A stretch of DNA of 61,441 nt, counting the filler, from Dugesia japonica (Eukaryota), in NCBI GenBank assembly GCA_001938525.1. It is 5 parts of 5 records of this genome, joined end to end, with 100 filler letters (N's around TTAATTAATTAA, not from the genome) between each part and the next. Parts side by side here need not be neighbours in the genome. Positions count along the whole stretch, not along the records: positions 31,728 to 52,036 come from MQRL01626219.1; 4 more parts are not named here. One strand, 5' to 3'. The notes beneath the pieces are model-generated. The model was not told the origin of the DNA, searched no databases, and saw nothing but the letters and a program-made list of their open reading frames with translations. Both the position numbers and the translations under genes were made by a program. Positions within the stretch are counted from its first letter, which is position 1, and each line of letters begins with the position of its first letter. Positions 36,880 to 51,002 of this stretch are shown one piece after another.

Positions 36880-38640
36880 TAACGTTTTCCATCTCTTTAG
36901 CTACTCTATTCTTCTGGTTTTCAAACCTTTTGGAAATTGATTTTTACTTGATGTGCTTACACAAATCTCACAATCTGGTATGGTCATACACACAGAAAAT
37001 AGTTCTTTTCCTTCTGTACAGTTATGTCCTCACTAATACCAACTCTCCTTGCTTGAAATATCTAAATCCGAATCTCTGTTTTTCAAATTCATCTATTTCT
37101 CTGCTGCTTCATACAAGTTTCGCCTCGTTACATCTGTTCTGACTGTCATATTTTCAGAGATGGTTAATTCTCTGCATGTGAGTTAATCTTTCGACAAAAT
37201 ATGATTTCGAATTGTGAAAACTTTGTCGACTCAATAAATATTGCGTTAACGATGAATTATACTCATAGCAAAAGTGTTTTGTAATCTTTTTCGATGAATT
37301 TTCTTTTCAGTGATATCGTAATTATATCTCACGGTATAAATCATCAGTTCTACAAAGCCATTTCATTGATAGTGTCACAGGGATCAAAACTCCAACTTAA
37401 TTCCGAACTTCTCTAGCTTTTTTTGTCATAAATCAACTCTCAGACGTCTTTCAGTTATGAGTCAGAGTATTACTCGGTTTGCCAAAATTTATATCCATTT
37501 GTTTGAAAATCATTCCAAAAATGGTTTTTTCATCGACTTTCAAAACCTCTGATTAACTGACTAATTTACTAAACCTATCAATAATTACAATCATTCCACA
37601 TCTATTCTGTTCCATATGTACTATATCCACTACAATTAGTTCTAAAATATCTGGCCTCCTTTGTAGATTAAGTCTTTCATCTAATCCTAACCCTTCTTCG
37701 TCTTTGTATAAATATCACATTTATTCAAAACCTTACTGATTGTTTTCACCATTGCTGACCAAAAATAGTTATTCTGTACATATGAAAATATTTTTTTCTT
37801 CATATATAGTACAAATCCTTATGAATTTTTTTCATCATTTCCTCATTTCCAAAACAACTATCAGATTTTTGTTTCACTTTTTCACCACTTATAAATCGTC
37901 GACTATTTTCAGCTCGTGTTTCACTTTGTTTAAATAATTTCCTTAATTGAAACTTTCAGTTTATTTCCCTTCACTTTACAATACTGTCAATCTTCTTCAA
38001 ATAATTCAATCTATGTTTTGAGCCTGTCGACTTAATGCTATGATATTAGTTTCTTGCTGGATTTCACTGATTTATTACATTCTCAATTTCTCCCATTTTA
38101 CATAAACGTGTTTGATGCAACATTGTGGATATCACTTTTAATTCCATCTTGATAATCTACCAGCACTATTATATTTCTCGCTCGAAATAATATTCTTCCA
38201 AGTTTGCCATCCACGTCTTGGATTGTGAGCTAATCGGTTTGTTTGTGTCGTTCAAAAATACCGACCCCTAATGATCCGTCCTCACTAAGAATTTCTTTCT
38301 ATAAATATATTGTTTGAAATGTCGCTCATAGTAGTTTACTGTTAGCAGTTCCTTCCTTATAACACAATATCCTTGCTCATGAGTTCTCAGGTGTCTAGAA
38401 CCATAACCTATAACAACTTCACTCCCCTCCTACCTTTGACTAATAACTACGTTGGCATCTACTAAACTGGCATCTATATCTAGGATGAACATCCGAACCT
38501 TCTCTTGAGACGCTTTGGGGATTATTGGCAAAGCAAATCAGCGATTGCGTGAGTTTGTTAATTTTAGTAATATGTTTTTTGACAATCCGAAGTAGATATG
38601 GTAAACTTATATGAGTTCCTTATATGACCTTAATATCGTT
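36880..38640 (-). mobile_element. Highly degraded Ty3/gypsy pol
   Basis: DIDAS..GYGSRHLRTHEQGYCVIRKELL RNaseH segment and integrase traces. Confidence 0.7.
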
Positions 38641-39249
38641 AATATATAAATTGTAATTTCTGTAATTCCAATATCAACAAAATTTGCATGCAATAAAAAA
38701 AATAAAATTGTTAACAGCTGTGTAGATTATTTTTTAAATAAAGTAACATGAAATCATAAGTAATTTGTACATATTAATAAATAACAATTTTGTACACATT
38801 AATAAATAATGTTTCATAAATCGTCTTTTTACGTAATAATGTTCAAAGGTAAAATGTCCAACTTATCATTAAATATCCGATTAATATTCGATCCATCACT
38901 CACATGATTTGTTTTCGATTGAATTCGTTGGTTGGGAGTTTCTGGTTCTGATTTTTGATTGTTATTTTTGTAAGTTGTGTGCTTATTGTGTAGCGTATGT
39001 AAGTTTGTTGTTTGTGTGCTTGTCGCGTCTGTAAGTTTGATGTTTCCTAAAGCTTCTTTTGGTACACTACCACTGGTGCACAACATATTTCGATTTTTAA
39101 ATTATCGAAACTGCTCTGACACTTTTCTGTTCAAACCAAAGGTTGGTTGCATCCTGAAATGGCTTTGTATAAAGAGGCTGCGATTCTCGCGTACTTCTTA
39201 ATAAAGCGTCTGTAATAATTTGTTAATCTGAGAAACTAACAAAGTTTTG

Positions 39250-39640
39250 ATAAACATTCTGAAACTATGGCTTGTTTTATTTCATAAATCTTAGCTTCAT
39301 TCTTTCTTATACCAGCTGTGCTCACCGTATTTCCTAAAAACACCAATTCTATTTGGTCCATTTTATGCTTTCTGTGTTTATTCTCAAATTTGAGTCCTTA
39401 AATTAAGCATATTATCAGATAAATTTGGCGGTAACATCAAGGGATGCATTTAGTATAACGTAAGTTCATGTTCAGTAAAAGGCTGTTCAGATTAGCAACA
39501 TCAATGTTACGTTTCCAGAAATTGATGCATAACACACTAGAATGTTTGATTTTTAAAGGAATTAGTGTATATTTAGAAGATATTTTTGTGTATGAGATAT
39601 CAATTAAAGATCATAATAATATGTTCGAGAAAGTTTTCCA
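39250..39640. mobile_element. Short gypsy RT fragments on both strands
   Basis: FQKLMHNTL..VYLEDI on plus; LGNTVS..GI on minus. Confidence 0.5.
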
Positions 39641-41450
39641 ATAAAGACCTTAATTAAATCGTCCCTACTTTTAGTTTATATGCCACTTTCTTTGTGCGCT
39701 CAATGTTGAATTTCGACTCCATAAATATACCACCAAATTTCAATATACTTCAACCAAATTTATTCAACTCCAAATTTATGCATCGTGTCAATTTCACATA
39801 TAAATTCTGGGAGAATGTGTTTGACAATGATGACTTGAATTGTCTTAAATTTCATGTTCCAACGCACGTATATTCCTACTGTGTCTAATGGTTTACTCTG
39901 CTATTTGAAAATGTTGAGGAAACAAATTAACATAAAATCATCCAAAACACAAACATATAATACACAGAAATACACTAAAATACATCCATGCAAATAGCAT
40001 ATAAATGATACAATACATACTGAGACACATGCGAATATCATACAACAACAATAAACAGATCAGTCAGATGCCAAACAAGTATTAGAACGGCCAACAAGCC
40101 AGGAACCAAAATTCCAAATCAATTTAATAATCGCCATCGAAAAAGAAACAATTTACTTGATAATTGACTATTTAATTTAATTGATAATTGACTACTTAAA
40201 TTTATTATGTAAATAATTTCTGACAATGACTAATCTAATTATTTTTTTATTCTTAGTGAACATATCCGTAAACGATTTCTTGATATCACCGTTGTGACTC
40301 AATCATATTTGTAATTTTCCACAGAATTTCAGCTTTATCTGACAATAATAAATCCAAAATATACAACAGATTTAATTAATTTAAAACAATACATTCGTCT
40401 ATGTTTTTACTCATTTTAAAGCCTCTGATTCATCCTTATCAGCATACTTCCGAATATTCAAATTTATCATTTTATATGCCTTATTTGGTAGAGCATCCAA
40501 AATTAATTTTCGTTTTTCCTTTCTCATTTCAACATTAATATGTTTTGCAATGTCACTAATTACAACATCTTCATAAATTTTCATAATTGAATAATGATAA
40601 TTAAATACTAAAAATATTTATTTAATTAAATATCCGCTTGCTATACGTATTATTTTAACAAGTCTCTTTAAATTTTTATATCATTGCTAATTAATTTATA
40701 AAATAGCTAAAGCAAAATTTATTGCTAGTTTATCAAAAAAGTGAATAAATTTCAATCTGAGATGATTGATGTACATTAGTGAACATTAAATTATAGGTCT
40801 TCAGTATGAGCCCAAAATACCCAACAGTACTCAAAAATGAAACTGCCGACTCGCATTGAAAGTGTCTGCATTGCGCCATAATATACCCAAAGTTAAACCA
40901 GTATGTGCAAGTACTTCCATGATAGTCAGGTAATAGCAATGCTCAGTCTGTATGATTCATTTAATTTTTAATAAATAATTTATTTACTATATTCACTTTA
41001 ATTGTTACCTTATTTTCAATTTAAATGTCCATGTTGTTGGTATATTCATTTTATGAATGCCAAGGAAATTGTGGTGGATTTTTCTTTAAAAGCAACAAAT
41101 TCTTTTATGCGCTGATTCTTTACTATTTGAAGATAATAATTTTAATATCATGATTTCATTTAAATTAATTACAATACATTTATATTGTAGAAATTGCGAT
41201 TTAAAGCAATTTTATCTTAGAAATTATTCTAAATTTTAAAAATGACTTCTTATACCTTTCATTTCTTGTTAAGTATACAATCAAATTTATATTTAGAATC
41301 TTGACAAAAATGTTGTTCTTATAATGTATCTAAAATCAATTAAATCAAAATCATGAGATTTATAGAATATATTGTAATATAATATTTGTTTTAAATTAAA
41401 ATACAAGTTAAACTCAAATTTTTTGTTTGTATTTTTCATTACTAAGCAGC

Positions 41451-41618
41451 ATGTGTTCTAAAGTTGTATGTTCGACCTGTGGAAAAGTAACGTGGCAAGG
41501 TATTCTTAATTTTTATTAGTTTTTTTCTGAAATTTATTCAGGCTGCGGCAAACATGTCCAAAGTGTAATGAAAGATGTAAAACCAGAAGATCAATGTAAT
41601 TGCCCAAGAAAACATTAA
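41451..41618 (+). CDS. 41-aa Cys/His-rich microprotein (exons 41451-41499, 41542-41618)
   Basis: 42-nt GT-AG intron; spliced product MCSKVVCSTCGKVTWQGCGKHVQSVMKDVKPEDQCNCPRKH*. Confidence 0.85.
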
Positions 41619-43442
41619 TACTAATAGAAATTTCGGATGCATATTTTTTTAAGATTTACATTTTAGTTAGATTATGAAATTTTACTCTGTTCATTAAAAT
41701 TGCATTTTTAATATTTATTTTAACTTGCTAATAAAGTATATTATTTTGCTGGTTTACTTGTTAATGTTCTATTATCAATGATTTGATTTTAAAGAATAAA
41801 AGTAGTTTTATATATATGGAATTGAGTCCCTTATTTTTTTATGATTATTTCATGAATTTACACAAATTTTAAGTTTGCCAATTGAGTAATCCGTGGTTTT
41901 TAGTGTAAAAAAAATTAATTATAACATTTTACAAAGATTACAATAAAACAGTGTTGTTTTAGAGAAGACTTTGATTATATATTTTGCTTTTAATTTTTAC
42001 GATATCTTAGTTTTTCGAATTCATTGGAAGAGCACGTGATTCATTTAGAAAATGTACTAAGTGAAATAAAAACTATAGGTTTGAGAATTAATAGAGAAAT
42101 GTCCGTTCTTGAAAAACTGTTTAATTTCTTGGACATTTTAATATAAATTACCAAAGAAGGAAATTTGAAACATCATTTTCATCGAAGCTTTTAATTTAAT
42201 TAAATTTCAAACACGATTGTTAAGTCATGCAATGATTCTCGTTATAATTGTAAAACGTATAGGGTAAGATTTTATTTACACTGCTGGTACGACCGCAAAA
42301 GTCATTGAGAATTTTGTTTTTTGATAGAAATTACTATAAATAATTTTAAAAAATTAATTAATTGTTTCTACTTCACATAAGATTGTTAATAGTTTTGTCA
42401 ATAAATCCCATACACCAATTGGCTTGTGTTCAAACCTTGTTTATTAATTTAAATGTAATTGGTGCAATGCCCCATATATTGGAGAGACTGCCAGTCTCTC
42501 AAGGGTTCAAGAGCATAATCGTTTTGCTGGTGGTAGTTAAGTTGCTGTGCATAAAAATAAATGTAATGCAAATGCTGAAATTTAAAATTTTGATAGAGTG
42601 CTGTATGAAAGGTTAATGATTAGATTTCATAATCCAAGCATTGATGTACAGACAGCTTCTTCGACTAAATTGATTAAAATTTTTAGATTACCAAAAAATT
42701 TTTCATAGGTTTTTTATTTTATGGCTTTGCAATTTTCAAAATAATTTGTCAGTTTTATTATTTTATAGGTTATTAAAATATTTGAAAAACGTTTTTTTGG
42801 TTTTTTTGATAGGTTTTAAAATTGTATTTTCAAAAAATTTTTATTAGAATATAAAAATTTTAAAACTAAGACTTATGATTATAGCCGTCTTATATTCAGT
42901 ATAATTGCTTGAATCTTTGTTTAAATTATACAGACTGAATAAACTCATTTTTGTTTAATGATGACGGTATATATAACAGTAAAATTTTATTTTTTAAATG
43001 ACGTTATTTATTTTTTATCAATCATTTACCATCGGTTTTTACATATTTATAATTAATTATATTAATAAAAGTTTTTCTAGTGTAATATTATGTTTTTATG
43101 TTACTAAAAACTAAAACAACAATTTTTGATTCTATCTTATGACAATTTTTATTATTATTTCTTTTAAAGCCCGACTTGGAAACTTTGTACCAGGTCTCGT
43201 TTTTGTTTGGGCTGGTCCTATATATATATAAAATTTCCATTATGTCTGTCAGAACTCCTACCTACTAAAGTTGTTAACCGCTTCAACATGCATTATAAAG
43301 ATGCATAACTTTGAAAATCTTAAACGTCTAACAATTCAAGAAAATTTCTGAATTGACGCTGAATTTTTACATTATTTGGAATGTAATACACAATCTGCAA
43401 AACAGTTTTAATAACATCAAATTTGAAATATTTCGCAATTAG

Positions 43443-44130
43443 GTGTTCACGTTGATTTATACAATGAATTGGAATAAACTGCAGAATAATGGCAGACCAA
43501 CTATTGTTTCACCCCAAGCTTCACGAGCTATAAAACGCATTTGCAAAGTCAATCGCTTATTATCTGTTCATTATATCACCCATGCGTACAATACAAAAGC
43601 TGTCCAAAATGTTTCTGTTAGTACTGTTCAGAAAATTCTGAACACGCACGGTTTTCGAAGTTATTCAGCAATTAAGAAGCCATATTTGAAATTGCATCAA
43701 CGTCTCAGAAGACTTTCCTGGGCCATGACTTACAGTAGTTGGGATGCAGATAAATGGGGAGATGTTGTATTCGGCGACGAGTGTATCTTTCAGTCATATT
43801 CGTCATCAAGTAAATTATTGAAGAACCTCAGTGGAAAATTACAATCCTACCTTTATCCAAGCAGTTAAGCGACATGGTCCATACATACATGTCTGGGGTG
43901 GCTTCAACAGTAATGGAGTTGGACTTCTGAAAAGAATCAATGAAAATATGAATGCCGAGAAATATCGAAAAGAGATACTTCATGATATAGACATAGTTGG
44001 TAAATGCTTAGTCTTTCCAAAAGCAGCATTAGTTTTTCAACATGACTTGGCTCCACCACATGAAGCCAAAAGTACCCATGCTTTCCTAAAAAATAAAAAT
44101 ATGGATGTCTTACCCTGCCAGGTAATTCTA
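43443..44130 (+). mobile_element. Tc1-family transposase remnant
   Basis: GRP, KKPYL, VVFGDE, VWG, FQHDLAPPH motifs; frameshifted and 3'-truncated. Confidence 0.9.
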
Positions 44131-44269
44131 CTGACCTTATATATATAAATACCTTAATATGATTAATATATATTTATAATTAATATTGTATATATATTTA
44201 TATATGTTCTTCTATATAACGATAATATACAAACTTAATTGCTGGATTGTGTAATATTAAAATCATTTC

Positions 44270-44740
44270 AAACTCACGCAATTTCTGATTTGCTTTGGCC
44301 ACAATCCCCAAAGCATCTCAACAGATAAATGAAATCAGTGATGATGACTATAATATATTACAGACTATTATTAAGTTACTAAAACCATATGTAGAGGCAA
44401 CAGTAGTTCTATAATCAGAAAAGCGCCTAACACCCTCATGTTTGTGACCTATAATTTATCAACTTATAAACATTACTCACCAAACATATATTGAACCTTC
44501 TTATGATTATTTAGTCAGTGATTTTGCAGTTTCTTTATCACAACATGCTTTTATTGAAAGAGAAATATAGTTCTGTGAAATCTTTGTTATTGAAATGCTA
44601 ATATATTGATTCTCGATATAAAACTCTAAATGTTATTGATACTGATCCTAGGAAAAAAGTGAAAGAAGATATTAAATATGAATTGGGTGAATTGAGGGAA
44701 CTTAGTCAAATTCAGGAAGAAAATGTTAATGATAAATAAA
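44270..44740 (+). mobile_element. hAT/ZBED-like transposase remnant
   Basis: IIKLLKPYVEATV and IDSRYK-like segments. Confidence 0.45.
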
Positions 44741-45462
44741 AGTTATCTTTGTGGCACAACTTTTAAGTCATTATTAGCATTATTGGACTTTTTATAATAA
44801 TATTCAAATATTTGTCAATTTGATTTTATTTTCTACTATTTGACATCAAGATAAATTAATTCCGACAAAAATCTTAAAACTAAACTTTATTCAATCTTTC
44901 AATGAAGCCGTGGATAATTATGATAATAATCTTTTATATGTCATGCTGTATCAAATAAATTTAATTCTTATTTGAGAATTTTGATAAAATAAAAATGTTA
45001 AAGTAATAAATATAATTTAAGTATTTTTAAGTTTAATTTATTATTAAATATGATTGTAAGATAGTTTTTAAAAGTAGATTTAAAATTTTTGTATTTTGAA
45101 ACGGAATTTACTAAAATCAGATTTGTTAAATATTTAAATTGAATCATTAAAATAATTTGTAAAATAAATTTTAAAATTAACCGTTAAAAGCAAACAAATT
45201 TTAAAATTAGTGTTAAAAATTAAATTTTAATTCGCAATGTATAGGGGCGCAAAATGTCCTTGGACTTATTAATTACATATTTAAAGGTGAATAATAACCG
45301 GAAGTAAAATGTAAAATAGCAACAACATAAAAAATGCATAAAATTTTATTTAAGCAAACTCATTTTCATAAATTCTTTCATTTGCTTTGATACAGGCTTG
45401 AAGGCGTCTAGGAAACTGGTCTATCGCGACGCACACTGTTTCCTCGCCAATTTCATTCTACG

Positions 45463-46680
45463 TAGGGCCTGCAATATTACCGTATTTCGGCTTTACCGGG
45501 AAACGGTAAATATTTGAGTAAAAACCGGTTTACTGGTAAATTACCAATAAATCAGATTTTAAATTAATAAAATCATGTATAGCTAATTATTGATCGCAGG
45601 AGTAAACAAATAACAATTTAATAATAAAACCAAAATATTAATACATTAATTCGATAAGGAAAACAAAAATACATCAATTTAATAAAACTAAAAGAAAAAA
45701 CTTTTTTTTAATATGAATAAATTATAATTGTCTTCTTGATGGATATCCTTAAAGTTAAGAGCATTATGTAGAAACTGCATAACATCGGAATAAATCATGC
45801 GACATTCTTGGATTCGTAAAAGTAATTCATATTTTAATTCTTTGGTTAGAGTACTATACTGTGTCAACAATTCATCAAGCATAAATTTTATGGCAATAGC
45901 ATTCAATAAGGTGCAATCAGCTGCACTTTAAATTTCTGCAGCTAATTTTACAGGCAGCAACTTAGATATTACCAAATTAAAAGAATTANNNNNNNNNNNN
46001 NNNNNNNNNNNNNNNNNNNNTAAATCAACAAGTATCTTTCTGGCACGTGATTTTAATTGATAAAATCGTACAAGCATATCTAGTAGCATGAATTTTGCAT
46101 GATATTTTCCTTTCTGAGTATAATATAGTCTCATATAGTCTCATGACTTTAAATTTAAATGTACAAATTATGTAAAATATGGATTTTTAAATAAAATAGA
46201 ATGAATACTTACCACAGTCTAATTAATCAAATTATTATGAAATTCTACATGAAACAATAATTAGAAGAACACCACCACAATATATTTCACCATAAATAAA
46301 TTTTTTTGAATTTTTTTTTTATGATATAGTTATTGTATCGCATGGAAAAATTCCAGCTATACGTTAACAATTTGAATGAGATCAGAGATTACTGAGATTT
46401 TTTATTGTTGTAAATTAAGGAAATTTTTGTTATGTTCATATAAATTAATAACCTTTCCGAATGTAAGCAAACTTAAGTATACTTCTAGTACATGTACATA
46501 AGTAAATGACCAAATATATAATATGCAACAGATTTAACGATTTTGACATTTTTTAATTATCAACAAATTCCAATATCCAAAGTTATTTCATTCAAACATC
46601 TGAAAAGAAATTTACCGGTATTTTCGGTAATACAATTTGCCGGTCAAACCGGTTAATTGTTTACCAGTAATGCAGCCCTA
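45463..46680 (-). mobile_element. Internally deleted hAT element
   Basis: TAGGGCCTGCA / TGCAGCCCTA termini, ACCGGT subterminal repeats, 8-bp TSD ATTCTACG / ATTCCATG, transposase fragments inside. Confidence 0.85.
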
Positions 46681-47078
46681 ATTCCATGCTTTTACCAAAT
46701 CACGTTTTAATGAGTTTACAGAATTATAATTTTTAAAATTTCATTGTAATTTGTAAAATTATTAAATTTCTGATATTCAACAAAATATAATTTTTACTGT
46801 ATTTTTAAATTTTAACTAATTCAAATTTAAAATAAACTGAATGAATGAAATATTTTTCAAAAGGCTGATATATTTTTATTTTTCGTTACAAATATAAATT
46901 TATAAATTCTTCTTGAACAAAACAAATTTATATTCTTAGTTTTGTTTTGTGGATAAATCTTTTATGGAAGCTAGTTGTGAATTCAATTCTTCGACGAGTT
47001 TCCAAATTCATTTAACAATGATTTTATAAATCACGCCAATAAAACCTATTAATGAATAAATATTCATTGCATACTAAA

Positions 47079-50000
47079 AGTTAGATTTTGTAATTCAAAA
47101 GTATAAATTTTCAAAGTTTATTAAAATATAATAAATTAATAATAATTAAACAAATATGTTTAAATATTATATCTAACATTCCTCCTTCTTAATCTTTTTG
47201 AAAATCTGTTTTTTAGCCTCTCGATCCTTCGTGGTTTAGTGATTCCAGAATAATTTAAAAGCACTTTATGTGGGCTTAGAAATTTTAATATTTCATAAGG
47301 ACCTTCATATCTGTATCCATTTTTCTTTAAGTTNNNNNNNNNNNNNNNNNNNNNNNNNNNNNNNNNNNNNNNNNNNNNNNNNNNTACTCTTTTATCTGAA
47401 TCATATTCATTTAATTTCAGTGCCGCATTCTTCAAATTTTTATCAACTAATTATCTAACTTCTCCACTGCTTGTATTATCATTTAGTAATGGTCCATGAA
47501 TCATAATTTTTCTTCCATAAATTATTTNNNNNNNNNNNNNNNNNNNNNNNNNNNNNNNNNNNNNNNNNNNNNNNNNNCATATCTGTATCCATTTTTCTTT
47601 AAGTTGTGAGGTTCTACCTTTACTAGAACTTCTTCCCCTTCAACAAAATTCCTATTTACTCTTTTATCTGAATCATATTCATTTAATTTCAGTGCCGCAT
47701 TCTTCAAATTTTTATCAACTAATTATCTAACTTCTCCACTGCTTGTATTATCATTTAGTAATGGTCCATGAATCATAATTTTTCTTCCATAAATTATTTC
47801 GAACGGTGATACTCAAGTTGCCTTTAGTTGAGTTGCATTAATCGAAAATTGAATTCGAGGTAATAGCTTATTCCAACTAACTTCTTCAAATCCTCTTTTT
47901 ATTGTAGTGACAATCATATCACGTAGAGTCCTGATCGTTCTTTCTGCCAATCCGTTTGATTGGATTCTCTATCCAATTGGTTCTCTATCTGTCAGTATGA
48001 ATTTTGGCTTGCCGAATCTATATATCAAATTCTCTTTTATTGATTCAACTACAGATTTTTCGTCTTGTTTTGCCATGGCTAACAGGCTAACAAGTTTGCT
48101 GTATCGATCTATTATGACTAAAATATACTTCTTCTTTAACTTTGATTCATCAAAATAAGCTATATTAATGACAATTGATTCTAATGCTCCAAATTTGGTT
48201 CGAGGTAATAAAATCTTTTTTGTTTTGACTGTAAATGTTTTCCTTTGATTGCAAATTAAGTATTTTTAACTCATGTTCAATTGTTCTGAATATATCAGGT
48301 CAAAAATAGGTTTTTTAAATATATTCAGTTAATTTTCTCGTTCTCAAGTGACATAATTCTTCATGAATGTAATTTATTAAATCAACCACTGATCTACTTG
48401 CTAAAACAATCCTCTTCGAATTTTTATCAAGAAACAGCAATATATTTTCTTCCATAACGAATNNNNNNNTATCTCTGAAGTATTTACTTTTATTTAAATT
48501 TTTACTAACTTGGAAGTTTTGATCTTTAATATATTCAATTATCTCTTTGATAACTTGATCCTTACTTTGAATTTTTATGATACTTTCTTTACCATAACTT
48601 GAGCTTTCTACAATATGAATTCTTCTAACTCTAGATTTTTCACCTTTTAAATCGTGATGAGTTGTCAAACATTGGGCACATAAACTTTCTCCTATTCTTG
48701 ATAATTCATCAACATTACCATGATCAATGCTTTTACAAAATTGAAGATCAAAATCCAATTCTGCTAGATTTTTAATCCACGTTTAGAACTGTGAACTAAT
48801 TGGTTTACTTGTTTTTTTTCATAAACACTAATGCCTTATGATCAATTCGGGCGATGAACTTGTTTACATAAAGATAATGCTTGAAATGAATCACAAATTG
48901 GTGTAATACCAATAATTCTTTTCTGGTTACACAATAACCTTTCTCATGATCATTTAAATTACGAGATGCATAAGGAATAACAGTTTCCCCACCATCTCTC
49001 GACAATTGACTCAAAACAGCACCAATTACATTGAAACTCGAGTCTATATCTAATATCATTTAACTTTGAGGATTTGAAAATTCCATGATTGGAGAACTAC
49101 ATAGTTTGTATAGGTAGTTTAAAACTGCTGTCACATTCTTCAGTTCACTCTACGACTACTTTTGATCCAGTAATTGCTGCATATAATGAACTAGCATTTG
49201 TTGCGTAATCTTTAATAAATCTTCGTTAGTAATTTGTCAATCCCAAGAAGGTTCGAGTTTGGGTTGCACATTTTGGAATTAAAGCTTCTTTTACTTTATT
49301 AATAATGTCATCATTTGTTTTGACACCTTTAGAATTGATTTTATGACCAAGAAATTTGAGGTTTGATACACTAAATATACAACTTTCAGGATTAATTTTT
49401 AGACCAGATTTTTCAATTAATTTCAACACATTTTGTAAATGTTTATCATGAATTTCTTGTGTTTGACCAAAAATTAAAATGTCATCAAGATAACCGAGCA
49501 CTACAGTAAATAACATCTTGTTGAAAGTTTTATGCATTAATTCTTGAAATTTTGCAGGAGCGGTGCATAATCCGAACGGCATGCGATTAAAACAAAATTG
49601 TCCCATTTTTGTGTTGAAAGCTGTTTTAAATTTTGTTTTCTCAGTTTATTCAATTTGATAATATGCCTGTCCTAGATCAACTGATAAGAAAAACCTAGAG
49701 CCATTTAATGTATCCTATTGGATATTTATAAAACATATTTACATCTGGAAAAAGAAATGAATACTTATCAGTTACCGAATTCAATTTCCTAAAATTAAGG
49801 CACATTTTTAGAGAACCATCTTTTTTTGGAACTATCACTAATGCAGAATTCCATGGACTTTGACAAGGTTTTATAAAATTTGCTGATAATAGATTTTGTA
49901 TTAATTCTTCTAGCTTGCCTTCTAAGGGCATTGGTTGTCTTCTTAAACACCTATTTTTGAAAGGACAGTTTATTCTTTTCTGGTTTGTNTCTCCAGAGCA

Positions 50001-51002
50001 AAAACAAGCATCATGCTNTAGAAATTTTACTCTTGGACGAGCTTTACCATGTCATTTATTATAAATTTTTGTTGCTACATATTTCAGAGAATGTTTTGGA
50101 AATTCTCTTCTTTGTTCTTCATTTATATCTCTTAATTGTTGCATATTATTACCAATCCTTGAACTGTTTGTTGGTTTTCTAGAAATTGTAGAATATTTTG
50201 GAGTATTTTCTTTGTGATGAAAATATTGTCCTCTGTAATCATTTCCAATTTTTTAAAATTTTGGTTCAAAAGCTGATTTCTTAACTGCACTTGCAAAGCT
50301 TTAGTTGGCAACATTTACATTATTTTTCGCTACAAATTTATCAAGGTTTGCAGCCAATTCTGGACATTTGTTGTCATTTAATTCTGGTTAGAGTGAAAAG
50401 GATTCTTTAAGTTTCTCACTTCTTAAACCATTCAAAATAACAACTTTTGATATTTTCTCTGGTGATATTTTATTTTAAAATATATCGTGAATAAGCATTT
50501 TTACTCTTATTTCAAAATTCCGATATTTTTCATCAATTTTGTGTTTAACTGATGATAGATCTATAATTTTGTCAAACAGAGTTTTATCATTTATAAATGC
50601 TGATCGAAACCAACTTTCGCACTTTTCATTTGAATCGAAATCCTCGTTTGGGTTCGTTTCTTGCTACAATTCCTTGGCATCACCTCGTAATAGCACATCA
50701 AATGCAAAAGAAATCCGCATTTGATTAAATGTGGCAAATTCCTTAGTGGTTTGCATCCAATCTTCTGCAGTATCTGAAGAAGCATAAAAAATTTAGGCTT
50801 CGTAATCAGCATTTCTTGCGTAACTTGTGGAAGATTTTTAAAAATGTTTTATAACTCTTCTTTCCTTTGCCTAGTAATGGCACGAACTTCTACATGTTCG
50901 CCAGTTAGATTTTGTAATTTAAAAGTAGACATTTTCAAAGTTTATTAAAATATAATAAATCAATAATATTTAAACAAATATGCTTAAATATTATTTCTAA
51001 CA
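47079..51002 (-). mobile_element. Ty3/gypsy element with 100-bp LTRs
   Basis: LTRs 47079-47178 and 50903-51002; PBS TGGCGAAC; PPT AGAAGGAGGAA; flanks CTAAA / TTAAA; RT (MPFGL, YLDD), RNaseH and integrase fragments. Confidence 0.92.

Noticed and set aside
40733-40960. 68-aa minus-strand ORF
   Set aside because: In-frame TGA just upstream, no recognisable homology or splice support.
47290-47790. Tandem duplications around N gaps (also 3526-3676 and 57128-57250)
   Set aside because: Identical sequence on both sides of gaps indicates unmerged contig overlaps.
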